From Candidatus Bathyarchaeia archaeon (GTDB taxonomy: Archaea; Thermoproteota; Bathyarchaeia; 40CM-2-53-6), in contig JBEKFP010000003.1 in the NCBI GenBank assembly GCA_050013255.1, positions 96,001-160,000 on the forward strand: a stretch of DNA of 64,000 nucleotides. Reading direction: 5' to 3'. The position numbers and the translations under genes are program-made. Positions 47,396 through 58,010 of this stretch are shown here, in pieces. Positions within the stretch are counted from its first letter, which is position 1. Each line of letters begins with the position of its first letter. The notes below the pieces were generated by a model. That model saw only the letters and a program-made list of their open reading frames with translations. It made no database searches and was not told the origin of the DNA.

Positions 47396-48421
47396 TCAAC
47401 TCTGAGCAGCATCAGAACCAACCAGGTTCTCAAGCGCTTTCAAATCTTCCGTCATTGCTCTAATCCTAAAGTCGTCTTCCGCTAGTCTCTGGCTGAGTTC
47501 GGCCCTTTGCTTGCCTAGGCTTCGGTTTTCCTTGTACCAAGGAACGCGGCTAAGTCCGTTAAGTTGTTCTTTATGAATATCCCTCGCTCTGATGCTCTCG
47601 CGCAGGTTATTCTTGGTTGCAGCGAGCTTTGTACGCAAATTGGTGAACCCTTCCAGGCGGTTCAGGGATGCAGCTAGTTTCTCGATATTTGCCCTCGATC
47701 CTGCTACGCTAAGAACGATTTTCTCAGGGGAATAAGAATACTTAGCCTGATCCAGTGAAAGTTCGAATTGCGCAAGGAGTTTGGAAAGCTCAGTATTCCA
47801 GTCTGCATTTCCATTGTAGCTGCATACGAAAGTGTGGGTTATCTGCTTAGCCGTAAGATTTTCTTTTGGCTTGGTTGGAACCTGATGTCGATGGGCACTT
47901 CTCACGGGACGACGTTTAATTTCGCGTTGCATCTCAACTCTTTCCTTATGCAATGAGTCAATGGTAAGGGCCTCAGATTTTGTATCCTTCTCTAACTTCT
48001 GTTTCTCACTAAGGAGGGCTTCGACTTCCTGGGCGAGTGCTTCCTTCCTAGTCCTCAATGATTCGACTTGAAGCGTCAGTGGTTGTAGCGCAGATGTTAG
48101 TGTCTTTATCTTATCGTCCAGTGACTCAAGCTCTATTTTTTGAGTCAACTTGGCCTTCTCCGAGGCGTTCTCTAACTCTTTAATCTCATTTGCCAGGGCG
48201 TTCCTTCTAGTCTCCAATGACTGCAGTGTGGCGGTCAGCATGTCAATGTTCCTCTGCATTTCAGACCTAACCCGGAAAACTTGGCTCACATCCTGAGGAG
48301 TACCACACACATCGCAGAAGAGTGCGTTACTGCCTATCAGATTGTGACAGAAGGAACAGACCTTGCCGCGTGTCTGCGGTTGAGGACTAAAGCTCGCCAA
48401 TCTTACACCCTCCATACCCAC
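47396..48421 (-). CDS. Zinc-ribbon + coiled-coil protein
   Basis: CSFC...CDVCG; long heptad regions. Confidence 0.7.
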   Translation of the reverse strand: MGMEGVRLASFSPQPQTRGKVCSFCHNLIGSNALFCDVCGTPQDVSQVFRVRSEMQRNIDMLTATLQSLETRRNALANEIKELENASEKAKLTQKIELESLDDKIKTLTSALQPLTLQVESLRTRKEALAQEVEALLSEKQKLEKDTKSEALTIDSLHKERVEMQREIKRRPVRSAHRHQVPTKPKENLTAKQITHTFVCSYNGNADWNTELSKLLAQFELSLDQAKYSYSPEKIVLSVAGSRANIEKLAASLNRLEGFTNLRTKLAATKNNLRESIRARDIHKEQLNGLSRVPWYKENRSLGKQRAELSQRLAEDDFRIRAMTEDLKALENLVGSDAAQS

Positions 48422-48817
48422 TGGGATTCACGTGGAATCTGTTTCAAAACCGGAACTTAACTATTACCCAGAACCAGCAAACCCCCGTGGCAAGGAATGG
48501 ATTGATTGAATGGAAGTGTTGCTTTGGAAATGCGCAGTGAAATTTCTCGTTGACAACTGACCCGCGGTTCAAATGAGTCGGCACATCTTGACTTTAAGCA
48601 CGGGAAGTGCTACGAGTGGCGAAAGTGATGATAGCTATTTTGACAGTGTTTACGTTGTATGGTATCAGATGGCCTAAACATCACGAACTTGTCTACGTCC
48701 TCATTCCCAGATGCGCAGAGGCACTTCTCGTTCGGAAAATAGGCCGTTGGGGCAACAGACTGCACGGTCTGAACTACGCGTACTATAAAGGGATGCTATC
48801 GTCGATACTTGTTCAGT

Positions 48818-50875
48818 CTACTTCCGACTTTCTGTTAGTGTGACTGCTTCGATAGAAATCGGCGTTTCTCGTAGTCGTCTGCCGATAACCGTCTCAATGG
48901 CTCTTAACACCGCAGGCGGAACGCCCATGGTTGGGCTCTCTCCTACACCTTTTGCACCGTGTGGGAGGGACGATGGAATGCTCGCGAGTTTGATCGAAAC
49001 TTGGGGCATCATCAGTGAGGTTAGCAACCCAGCGTCAGCGATGGTAGCCGTGAGCAGCTGTCCGTCTTCATCGTATTTTACCTGCTCATAGAGCACTTGG
49101 CCGATGCCTTGCGCGGTGCCGCCAATGATCTGGCTCTGAATCATAGTTGGGTTAAGTTGTCGTCCGACATCATAGTAAGCTCTGCATTCCTTCAACCGTA
49201 CGTTACCTAACTCATCAGATTCGGCAGTTACAAGGTTAGCTCCGAACGCGTTCAACTGTTCCTTCTCGGAGTGAAACACGGTCACATCAAACTCATGTCT
49301 CATGAGTTCCGCGGGAGAATACTTCCCAAGCTTCGTCTTCGCTTCGTCTCTTATCTTCCGTGAGGCTTCAACCAGTGCGGCTCCGCCGACCGCGGCTGTT
49401 CTGCTTCCCCAGGACCCAACTCCTTCATCCAATTCATCCGTGTCAGATTTCCCAAAGTCTATGAGAGATTGAGCTACGCCCAACTCCTCGCTTACAAGGA
49501 GTCGTGCGAATACGTCGTGTCCCTGCCCGTGTGAGCTTCCCCCCATCCATACTTTGACTCTTCCTTGTTTGATGGCTATTCTCGCTGATTCTCCTGGTTG
49601 CACTGCTGGAATGAGGACAAAGCATGAGAAACCCACGCCCATTTCTTTCCTCCTCTCATTGTATCCCAGTTCCTTTACCGCCGACTCAAGGAAGGGTTTG
49701 AATGGGTCGAGCCTAAGTCCAAGCGGCGAAACAAACCTCTCTGGGCTTGCGTTTCTCAACCTGACCTCGACGGGATCCATCTGCAGTTCATCAGCGAGCA
49801 GATCCATCATCCGCTCAATGAACATGGCCGCTTCAGGGCGCCCTGCACCCCTGTAGGGACCCAGAGGAACTTTATTCGTGTAAACAGCATTCGCGTCTAC
49901 GAATACGTTTGAAATTGCATATGGCCCTGTGATCTGAAATCCTATCCACCGGGGCGCCATCATTCCCATGCCAGGCGCGTACGCCCCCGCGTCGATTAGC
50001 AACTCTGCCCTGAGGCCGAGAACCTTTCCTGTTCGGTCTGCGTGAATTTTCATTTTGGCCCTCGCTCCCCTGCCTTGATGCGTTGCCATCAAGTGTTCCA
50101 TGCGTGTTTCGATCCACTTCACGGGCTTTCTCATCTTCATCGCGGCGTAGCATGCGATTACATACTCGGGGTAAATACCGCCCTTACTGCCAAAGGCGCC
50201 GCCCGTATCCACTTGGACAATCCGTACTGAGCTTGGAGCGAGTCCCATAGACTCACACAACCCCTCCTTCCAGGCGTGCACGGACTGCGTTGACGCCCAC
50301 ACGGTCAATCTGGAACCATCGTACTGGGCAACTAACCCTCGGGGCTCAAGAGGATTGGGAGATATCCTTCTGTTGACGAGTGTGTCCTCCAAAACCAGCG
50401 GAGAATCGTTGAGGTGGAACTCTCTGCCCAGCTGAAAGCTTGCCAGAATATTCGACTTCGTACCAGGATGAATCGGCGGCGCAACCAACGCCTCCTCCGG
50501 ATCGATAACGGCCTTCAGTGGCTCGTAGTCCACCTCCACTTCATCCATCATATCAATTGCTGAATAGAGGTCCTTTCCAAGAACCGCTGCCACCGGCTGG
50601 CCGACATAGTTCACGTAACCAGTTGCGAGGACTGGTTGAGCAGCACCCGAACCCTCCGAAGCTCCTTCTCCAACTGACGTGAGAGTTGCCTTGAGTTCTG
50701 AGGCATTTATGCCACCATGCACTTTCAGCAGCCTAGCTCTTGCGTGCGGGCTACGGACTACGGCCAAATGTAACGTGTCAGGTAAGTGAATGTCATTAAC
50801 GAATTGGCCGCGACCTTCAACGAGTTTCCGGGGTTCATCTTCCATGGATGGCGCAACTCCCACTACCAAATACAA
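48818..50875 (-). CDS. Xanthine oxidase-family molybdopterin-binding large subunit (CoxL/CutA-like)
   Basis: RSPHARA, GGAFGSK, PYRGAGRPEA, HGQG, QIIGG..QG, KGVGE. Confidence 0.93.
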   Translation of the reverse strand: MYLVVGVAPSMEDEPRKLVEGRGQFVNDIHLPDTLHLAVVRSPHARARLLKVHGGINASELKATLTSVGEGASEGSGAAQPVLATGYVNYVGQPVAAVLGKDLYSAIDMMDEVEVDYEPLKAVIDPEEALVAPPIHPGTKSNILASFQLGREFHLNDSPLVLEDTLVNRRISPNPLEPRGLVAQYDGSRLTVWASTQSVHAWKEGLCESMGLAPSSVRIVQVDTGGAFGSKGGIYPEYVIACYAAMKMRKPVKWIETRMEHLMATHQGRGARAKMKIHADRTGKVLGLRAELLIDAGAYAPGMGMMAPRWIGFQITGPYAISNVFVDANAVYTNKVPLGPYRGAGRPEAAMFIERMMDLLADELQMDPVEVRLRNASPERFVSPLGLRLDPFKPFLESAVKELGYNERRKEMGVGFSCFVLIPAVQPGESARIAIKQGRVKVWMGGSSHGQGHDVFARLLVSEELGVAQSLIDFGKSDTDELDEGVGSWGSRTAAVGGAALVEASRKIRDEAKTKLGKYSPAELMRHEFDVTVFHSEKEQLNAFGANLVTAESDELGNVRLKECRAYYDVGRQLNPTMIQSQIIGGTAQGIGQVLYEQVKYDEDGQLLTATIADAGLLTSLMMPQVSIKLASIPSSLPHGAKGVGESPTMGVPPAVLRAIETVIGRRLRETPISIEAVTLTESRK

Positions 50876-50947
50876 ACTTACCTCAGGGATACCAGTTCAT
50901 GGACAAGTCTTTAAACCGGTTCTTCGCGTTTCCCAAAGAGACAATCC

Positions 50948-51820
50948 TTGCGACCGAGGACCTTCGAGTATTACGCTCCATCATCTCTGAGCGAAGCCGT
51001 AAGTCTGTTGCACTCAAGAGACGAAGCAAAAATACTCGCTGGAGGACAGAGCCTCATCACCCTGATGAAGCTCCGCTTAGCCTCGGCCAAGATGCTCATC
51101 GACATTAACGGCATAGCAGAGCTAACTCAAATACGCAAAGAAAACGGCACAATCGTAGTCGGTGCTCTCGCTCGCCATGACCAAATCGCCCATAGCAGTC
51201 TCATGCACGAAACATGTCTTCTCATTTCAGAGGCCGCTGGCGTAATTGCCGACCAACAGGTAAGAAATCGCGGTACCATTGGAGGTTCACTCGCACATGC
51301 TGATCCAACGGCCGACCTTCCTACCGCTTGTACAGCAGCTCGGGCAAAAGTGGTTACAGTCAACGTTAATGGTTCGCGCTCGATCGAATCCGCGGATTTC
51401 TTCCGCGGATACTACAACACCGCTCTAGAGCGGGACGAGATAATTCGAGAAATTCGTATTCCGGTTCCGCCCCCAAGGTCCGGGGGTTCCTACATGAAAT
51501 TGAGCAAGGGTCACAACGATTTCGCGATCGTCGCGGTCGGATCTTTGTTAACCTTCGCCAGTGATAATGTTTGCAGGGCTGCAAGTGTAGTCCTCGGCGG
51601 CGTAGCACCTACCCCCATTCACGCGAAAAATGCAGAAAACGTCCTAATCGGACGAAAACTCGAGGATAAGGTGATTGAGGAGGCGTCCCAAAAGGCGTCC
51701 GATGACCTGAGCCCTCCTTCCGACCTGCGCGCGTCAGCCGAATACAGGTTGGAAATGGCGAAGGTTCTCACAGAACGGGCGGTCAGAAATTCCGCTAGCC
51801 GCGCACTTGGGAGTAATTAG
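50948..51820 (+). CDS. FAD-binding medium subunit (CoxM-like)
   Basis: AGGQSL, VRNRGTIGGS, ADP.AD. Confidence 0.93.
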   Translation: MRPRTFEYYAPSSLSEAVSLLHSRDEAKILAGGQSLITLMKLRLASAKMLIDINGIAELTQIRKENGTIVVGALARHDQIAHSSLMHETCLLISEAAGVIADQQVRNRGTIGGSLAHADPTADLPTACTAARAKVVTVNVNGSRSIESADFFRGYYNTALERDEIIREIRIPVPPPRSGGSYMKLSKGHNDFAIVAVGSLLTFASDNVCRAASVVLGGVAPTPIHAKNAENVLIGRKLEDKVIEEASQKASDDLSPPSDLRASAEYRLEMAKVLTERAVRNSASRALGSN

Positions 51821-52295
51821 TTTGGAGAAAGAATTCGCCGTCAGTGTCAAGGTGAACGGTCAGCAATACGAGCGAAGAATCGATCCTCGCACGTTACTAG
51901 TTGATTTCCTACGCGATGAACTTGGCTTAACAGGAACTCACATAGGATGCGATACCGGACATTGTGGTGCTTGCACTGTCATGCTGAATGGGGTAACTGT
52001 CAAGTCCTGTCTCTTGCTTGCAGCCCAAGTCAACAATTCCGAACTCAAGACGATCGAGGGCGTCGCCGTCAAGGGCAAATTGCATCCAATTCAAGAGGCT
52101 TTCTTAGAACATCAAGCATTGCAATGCGGTTATTGTACGCCAGGAATGATTCTCTCAAGCCTTTTCTTGCTCCAAAGAAACCCGAACCCGAACGAGGAAG
52201 AAATTAAGAGAGGCATCGAAGGCAACCTCTGTCGATGCACCGGTTATCTCAACATCGTGAAAGCTGTAAAAGCTGCTTCGGCTAAGATGAAGTAG
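51807..52295 (+). CDS. [2Fe-2S] small subunit (CoxS-like)
   Basis: GCDTGHCGACTV, QCGYCTPG, GNLCRCTGY. Confidence 0.96.
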   Translation: MGVISLEKEFAVSVKVNGQQYERRIDPRTLLVDFLRDELGLTGTHIGCDTGHCGACTVMLNGVTVKSCLLLAAQVNNSELKTIEGVAVKGKLHPIQEAFLEHQALQCGYCTPGMILSSLFLLQRNPNPNEEEIKRGIEGNLCRCTGYLNIVKAVKAASAKMK

Positions 52296-52303
52296 GTTAG
52301 GCT

Positions 52304-52876
52304 TCATTGCATCTGGTTTCGGATGCGATCGAAGATTCCTATAACCGTCTTTTCCGCTGTATCCTTGATTACGAGTTGCCCAAGGCTCGCTATCATACCA
52401 GTCACCTTGACATCTGTCTCATAGTCGAGTTCACTGCCTTCAGGGGTCTCTTTGAGTTCAATCGCTAAGTCCATGTTGATGTTGCTTCCCGATCCTGTTC
52501 CAATCGCTCTAAGTTGTACTCTACTAGGCGGTTCTTTCCCCACGATTTCGATTTTGAACCTGAAATCAGCTTTTATGAAACCGACACCGACAGCAATGAC
52601 AGCCCTAAACTTGTCCTCGCTCTCAATGCTCAAGCTCTTCAGGTCTGGCAAGCACTTGCCGATCTTATTGGGATCGATGATGAATTCCCAGAGCCTTTCA
52701 CGAGGCGTCTTCAACAAGTACTTTCCTTCGAGGATCATTCTTAGCCCACAACTGCATTGATGATGAGGTTGCGGTACCACTTGATTAACAAGCTTGCTGG
52801 TGGTGTACGCCCCAACCCTATGCAGGGGGAGGTTCCTTTGAGGATTATTCAGGTCCATTCCCAGGAGGGGATTCAA
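52304..52876 (-). CDS. CoxG/SRPBCC-family protein (true start probably about 52738)
   Basis: W..I.DP..IGKCLP, VGVGFI, V.G.IASLG. Confidence 0.85.
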   Translation of the reverse strand: MNPLLGMDLNNPQRNLPLHRVGAYTTSKLVNQVVPQPHHQCSCGLRMILEGKYLLKTPRERLWEFIIDPNKIGKCLPDLKSLSIESEDKFRAVIAVGVGFIKADFRFKIEIVGKEPPSRVQLRAIGTGSGSNINMDLAIELKETPEGSELDYETDVKVTGMIASLGQLVIKDTAEKTVIGIFDRIRNQMQ

Positions 52877-53299
52877 CAGGTCAAGTTTCTCTTTTCAGAA
52901 TACGCTTCTTCACTCGACTTCGACCTTTCCTTTCAAAATTTCAAGAATGAATTGGCAGACCTACCGGGGGAGTATTCTGCGCCGGGCGGGGCCATTCTCC
53001 TTGCCTACTATGAGGGGAGTGCTGCCGGTTGTGTCGCCATGCGGAAATTGGCCGAAGATGTTTGTGAAATGAAAAGGCTCTACGTGCGGCAGGCGTTCAG
53101 AGGGAAGAAAATTGGCAAAGCGTTGTCTGTGGCAATTATTGAGGAAGCAAGGAAGCGCGGGTTCTCGCGCATGCGCTTAGATACCGTGCCTTCGATGAAG
53201 GAAGCGATTAAGCTTTACCGCACTTTAGGCTTCAAAGAGACCTCTCCATACCGGTACAACCCCAGAGCAGGTGCAATGTTTCTCGAACTCGTTTTATAG
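52757..53299 (+). CDS. GNAT N-acetyltransferase
   Basis: LPGEY..P.G, CEMKRLYV, FRGKKIG, RLDT...AIKLY..LGF. Confidence 0.92.
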   Translation: MMMRLRYHLINKLAGGVRPNPMQGEVPLRIIQVHSQEGIQQVKFLFSEYASSLDFDLSFQNFKNELADLPGEYSAPGGAILLAYYEGSAAGCVAMRKLAEDVCEMKRLYVRQAFRGKKIGKALSVAIIEEARKRGFSRMRLDTVPSMKEAIKLYRTLGFKETSPYRYNPRAGAMFLELVL

Positions 53300-53354
53300 A
53301 CTATCGAGCATGATGTTGGCCTGGCGTTGGAGTTCCCGTGGTTACACCCGGTTT

Positions 53355-54782
53355 CTAATTTGGTCGGAGCTTCTGTTTCAGATACGCCCCGGCCAGGGTT
53401 GGAATGAGTGCGGTCGCGTTCAAGGCCGCTAGCCACAAGTAAGCCGTCTTTAGGCCGTCCATGAAAACCGCCCGATCAACAAGCAAATTGCCTATTGGAG
53501 TAACCGATGAAATTAGAGTCGTGATCACTCCAAACGGGACTCTGAATGTCATGATCCAAAGTACGAGGTTCAGGCTGACTGTGAAACCAATGTTCCAGAA
53601 GGTGGACCTGACGGAGGCCGCGACACCCCGCCTTAGAGCTGGAACCGCGGCCATGCAGAGGCTCGCGTTTGGCGCAAGGAAGACGCTTACGCCAATCCCT
53701 AACAAAACCATGTAGACCAGACTATAGACGTACGGCGTTGAAGGGTCAACGGTCGAAAACAAGTAGGTCGTGATGCTCGTCAAGGTAAGGCCCCCAACTA
53801 AAAATCCTGTTTGGCCGAACCGGTCGGAAAGCTTACCGCTCAAAGGAGCCATCAGAACTGCGGTCAAATCCAAAGGCACCAGCCTAAGCCCAGCCTCGAG
53901 CGGGCTCAAGCCGAGTTCCAATTGGAAGAAGAGGCTCAAGAGTAACGCCAGGCTGCTGAAAGCGGTCACGGCGATCACTAGAGCCACCACGGCGCTACCG
54001 AATTCCCTTATCTTAAGCAGCCCCAAGTCGAGGAGTGGATGCGTTGATCGGCGCTCCCACATTACAAATGTCACGATAGCGACGGCGCTCAAGATGAGGA
54101 GGTAATAGACCGTAGTTTCTTCCGCGATCCCATAAACGGCGTAGGTTAATGCGAGAAGAAATGCGGTGATGGAAACAACGAATGCCGCAAAACCTTTCCA
54201 ATCAATGGGCGCCCCCTTCTCAAGGGTCGCAATCTCACGCAATCGAAGGCGCGCCCATACTGTCCCGAAAATACCGATTGGGATATTGACGTAGAAGAGA
54301 AACCTCCAATCGAAGAAGAACAGAATCAAGCCACTCACGGTCAATCCGAGAACAGAACCTAGGTTGTATGCGATTGCATTTACTCCGAGTGAAAAGCCTA
54401 ATTCTTTCATGGGAGTAGCATCTGTTATCATTGCTATGCTGTTCGACCATATCATTGACGAGCCAAGGCCCTGCATTATCCTGAAGGCGATTATCTGTTC
54501 GGGCGATTGGGATAGGCTAGTCAGTAGTGAGCCAACGGTGAAAATTATGAATCCTGCATTGTAGAGTTTCACTCTACCGAAAATATCAGTAACTCTTCCT
54601 ATCAGGAGGAGCATTATGGTGCTCGCCAATGCGTAACCTTGTGTGAACCAAACTGCTTGCTCAGCATCTGCGTGCATCGCGCTCGCAATTTGTGGGAGTC
54701 CAATAACGAGTATTCTTGAGTCGATGCCCGACATCAGTACGCCAACCGTCGTTACCGTAAGAACTGTCCACTTGTATTCCAA
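53355..54782 (-). CDS. MFS drug:H+ antiporter (DHA2/EmrB type)
   Basis: GRVTDIFGR, R..QGLG, WRFLFYVNIPIG; about 14 TM. Confidence 0.92.
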   Translation of the reverse strand: MEYKWTVLTVTTVGVLMSGIDSRILVIGLPQIASAMHADAEQAVWFTQGYALASTIMLLLIGRVTDIFGRVKLYNAGFIIFTVGSLLTSLSQSPEQIIAFRIMQGLGSSMIWSNSIAMITDATPMKELGFSLGVNAIAYNLGSVLGLTVSGLILFFFDWRFLFYVNIPIGIFGTVWARLRLREIATLEKGAPIDWKGFAAFVVSITAFLLALTYAVYGIAEETTVYYLLILSAVAIVTFVMWERRSTHPLLDLGLLKIREFGSAVVALVIAVTAFSSLALLLSLFFQLELGLSPLEAGLRLVPLDLTAVLMAPLSGKLSDRFGQTGFLVGGLTLTSITTYLFSTVDPSTPYVYSLVYMVLLGIGVSVFLAPNASLCMAAVPALRRGVAASVRSTFWNIGFTVSLNLVLWIMTFRVPFGVITTLISSVTPIGNLLVDRAVFMDGLKTAYLWLAALNATALIPTLAGAYLKQKLRPN

Positions 54783-55021
54783 GTCTAAAGCGCCGTTTTC
54801 ATAATTGTCCGTGCCAGTAGCTCGGGAGGTGTCCGTCCTGAGCTTAGTTTGATGTTGATATTCCTAGTGGTTGCTGCAGACAGGATTTCTAACTAACGAC
54901 TCCATTGAGTCAGGTCATTTATTGAGCTGGCTTCGCTCCCGACGCGCTTATTGTGGACTTTATTTATTCTGAAACTTCCCGAGACCTGAATCCCTCATCA
55001 TCTGAGAGTCCGTTTTCGCCG

Positions 55022-55669
55022 TCATTTCACAATTCGGATGTTAAAGTTCGGGGTCTGATTGACCGCCATCAACCGTACCCACAGCGCCAAATACATCTCC
55101 GGGCCTCTTGCAGTGGTAATGTCGCCTAGGTCGATGACGGATTTCCAGCCAAACCAATCGGTCACTATCTCGCGAACCTTCGCTTTTGCCTTTGCGTCAT
55201 TTCCGCTCATGAAGATATCATGGGGCCCCGGGACAATGTGAGGGGTTACCATTACATTACAGTTTATGGTGTTGAGTGTTTTGACGACCTTTGCGTCAGG
55301 GAACGCCCGTTGTATTTGCTCGCCAATCGAATCGGTATTGCACACAGTGAGGGTGGGTGGCATGCCCTTAGAGAAATCCAGTGGGTTGGATATGTCTACT
55401 AGAATTTTCCCCTTGAGGTTTTTTGCACCAGCCAACTTTAATGCCTCCAGCGACGCTGAGCCGGCAGTGCAATTGAAAATGATTTCGCCGAATTCGGCGG
55501 TTTCAGCGAAAGTACCATTCGAAGCCTTTGCCCCATTGGCCTTGGCCCATTGCACAGCCTTCTCGTTCCCTGCCGTGCGGGAACCCATTTTCACTTCATG
55601 GCCCAACTGAACAAGCTTAGTAGCAATGGTATTTCCAACCATTCCCGTCCCCAGGACCCCAAGCTTCAA
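55022..55669 (-). CDS. F420-dependent NADP oxidoreductase family protein
   Basis: LGTGMVG, GSR, VDISNPL, VVKTLNT, DLGDI. Confidence 0.88.
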   Translation of the reverse strand: MKLGVLGTGMVGNTIATKLVQLGHEVKMGSRTAGNEKAVQWAKANGAKASNGTFAETAEFGEIIFNCTAGSASLEALKLAGAKNLKGKILVDISNPLDFSKGMPPTLTVCNTDSIGEQIQRAFPDAKVVKTLNTINCNVMVTPHIVPGPHDIFMSGNDAKAKAKVREIVTDWFGWKSVIDLGDITTARGPEMYLALWVRLMAVNQTPNFNIRIVK

Positions 55670-55748
55670 AGTAACGACTCCCCGTGCTCAGCTGAAGGGA
55701 GGGAGGTCTAGCTATTTATTGACTACCAACAGCATATGGTCGAAGCTC

Positions 55749-56519
55749 TCAAAACGATTTCACAAAGAACCAGGCTGAGACAATCAAACCGATTGCAACA
55801 ATAATGAAGTGAAGCGGGCGAGGGTTCACGTGCTTCGCAAGCCTTGCGCCTCCGTAGCCACCAATGATCGCGCCAGCCATCATGAGGAAAGCCAAGTACC
55901 AGACGACCAACCCTTTGTATGCGAAGAAGACGAATGCAGTTAGGTTGATTATCGCGGTGAGAGGGGTCTTCATCGCGTTCATCTTGTGGATGTCACGGAG
56001 GCCCATAATGCTGAACGACCCTAGCATTAGGATCCCGATGCCCGCCCCAAAGTATCCTCCGTACGCCGCCACAAAGAGCTGGAAGACGGTCCCCCATATG
56101 CGTCCAGCAGTCGTTACATGCTCATCGCCTGAACTACGGCGTAGTCTTCGGGAGATCAAGTCTTGTGATGCAAGCATTAGCGTGGCAAAGAGCACTAAGA
56201 ATGGGACTACGAGTTTGAATAGTGCTGGCGCTGTGAAAACCAGAATTGCAGCCCCCATGAGTCCGCCGATGAAGCTAGGAATGGCAAGCATTAGTAGTAG
56301 GCTGCGTTGGATCTTGGTATCTTTTCGATATCCAACCGCGGCACTAAGGGAACCAGGCCACAACGCGGCTGTGTTCGTGGCATTGGAGATGATTTCAGGT
56401 TCGCCGAAAGCTACGAGGGACGGAAAGGAGATCAACGTGCCGCCACCCGCCACCGAATTGATGCCGCCAGCAAGCATGCCGGCAAAAAACAGGCCGAACA
56501 ATCCGACTAGGTCATTCAT
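55749..56519 (-). CDS. TauE/SafE-family sulfite exporter
   Basis: AGGINSVAGGG, NATN, YGGYFGAGIG. Confidence 0.9.
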   Translation of the reverse strand: MNDLVGLFGLFFAGMLAGGINSVAGGGTLISFPSLVAFGEPEIISNATNTAALWPGSLSAAVGYRKDTKIQRSLLLMLAIPSFIGGLMGAAILVFTAPALFKLVVPFLVLFATLMLASQDLISRRLRRSSGDEHVTTAGRIWGTVFQLFVAAYGGYFGAGIGILMLGSFSIMGLRDIHKMNAMKTPLTAIINLTAFVFFAYKGLVVWYLAFLMMAGAIIGGYGGARLAKHVNPRPLHFIIVAIGLIVSAWFFVKSF

Positions 56520-56567
56520 GGTGGCTAGCCTGTACCACGACCGTTAGTGAATCTAGTTGAATTGAAT

Positions 56568-58010
56568 TTAGTTGTTTCCTACTTCCTTCTTGAAAGCGTC
56601 GGCTAGGTTTCTCCCCCAATCGGCGAGTGGTTCGAGTCTCCCGTCGAAGAAGCGGAGGACTGGGGGCTCCCACACGAACTTCAGTCCTTTGACAAGGTCT
56701 CGGTGCTTGTAGAGCCAATTTATTCTATCAATGGCATATTCAACGTGCGAAATTGAGTAGACCCTCCTTGGAAGAGCAATCCTAGTTAGTTCAACGTCGG
56801 CTGGGACCTCCTTCCCTTCCCTGTCTCTGTCCATTGAGACACTTCCTCTTTCCATGCTCCTGATTCCCGAGGCGATGTACAGAGCGGCTGATAGGGCCCC
56901 TGCCGGGTACTGGGATTGAGGGATGTGCGGAAGGAACTTCATCGCGTCCAAGTGGCACGCCAACCCGCCCGGCGGAGTGACCACTGGGATACCAGTTTCA
57001 TGGAGTTTGTTGACAAAATATTTGATCTGTTCAACTGAGCAACCTGCGACCGATGGGTCCACCATTTCCCGCATTCCCACAGCCATGGCACCTACCTCTC
57101 GCATTGACATGCCTCCATAGGTGTAGAATCCTTCGTAGACGGGGAGCCAGGGTCTGATCTTGTCGAACAGTTCCTTATTGTTAGTCGCTATCGCGCCTCC
57201 TCTAACAGACGTGTTCTTCCTGCCGCTCATGTAGAACAGGTCAGGTATACTGCAAATCTCACGGACTATTTCGGCAACGGTTTTGGTTTGGTATCCCTTC
57301 TCTCGTTGCATGATGAGGTAGGCGTTTTCGCAGATGAGACTTCCATCTATGACGAGGGTCAAACCGTGTTCGTTGCAGATTTGGCGGACTTCTTTCAGAT
57401 TCGCTATGGAGAATGGTTGTCCGCCGATTAAGTTGGTTGTCGCTTCCATGCGAACGAATGCGATTTTTTCTTTTCCGTACTTCTTTATCACGTTCTTCAG
57501 TTTCTGTGGATCCATGTTGCCTTTGAAGAGATTTGTACTCTCAGTCTTCAGGGCGTCGTCGTAGTATATCTCTAGAACCGAGGCGCCTAGCAGTTCGATG
57601 TGGGCTCGGGTGGTCGTGAAATGGTAGTTCGTCGGAACTACATTGCCCGATTTGATGAAGACCTTCGCCAGGAGATGCTCCGCCGCTCTCCCCTGGTGCG
57701 TGTTCATGACATACTTGTAACCGAGAACATCCTTCACTGCGTCCGCGAATTCGTAGAAGGTCATGCTGCCGGCGTAGGCGTCATCCGCTCTCATGAAAGC
57801 TGCGAACTGGTTGTCGCTCATAGCGTTGACGCCGCTATCTGTGAGCATGTCCAAGAATATGTCCTTGGTTTTGAGCAGGAACGTATTGTAGCCGGCCTCT
57901 CCAATCGCCTTGAGCCGTTCCTCGACAGGTATCAGCGCAATTTTCTGCACCATCCGAGTCTTGTGCATTTCAATTGGAATCTCCTTTCCCGAAGACAACT
58001 TGATAGACAT
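56568..58010 (-). CDS. Tryptophanase/tyrosine phenol-lyase family PLP lyase
   Basis: GYNTFLL, DMLTDSG, DDAYAGS, HQGRAAE, HFTTTR, YEGF.TYGGM, R.ALPRRVY. Confidence 0.92.
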   Translation of the reverse strand: MSIKLSSGKEIPIEMHKTRMVQKIALIPVEERLKAIGEAGYNTFLLKTKDIFLDMLTDSGVNAMSDNQFAAFMRADDAYAGSMTFYEFADAVKDVLGYKYVMNTHQGRAAEHLLAKVFIKSGNVVPTNYHFTTTRAHIELLGASVLEIYYDDALKTESTNLFKGNMDPQKLKNVIKKYGKEKIAFVRMEATTNLIGGQPFSIANLKEVRQICNEHGLTLVIDGSLICENAYLIMQREKGYQTKTVAEIVREICSIPDLFYMSGRKNTSVRGGAIATNNKELFDKIRPWLPVYEGFYTYGGMSMREVGAMAVGMREMVDPSVAGCSVEQIKYFVNKLHETGIPVVTPPGGLACHLDAMKFLPHIPQSQYPAGALSAALYIASGIRSMERGSVSMDRDREGKEVPADVELTRIALPRRVYSISHVEYAIDRINWLYKHRDLVKGLKFVWEPPVLRFFDGRLEPLADWGRNLADAFKKEVGNN

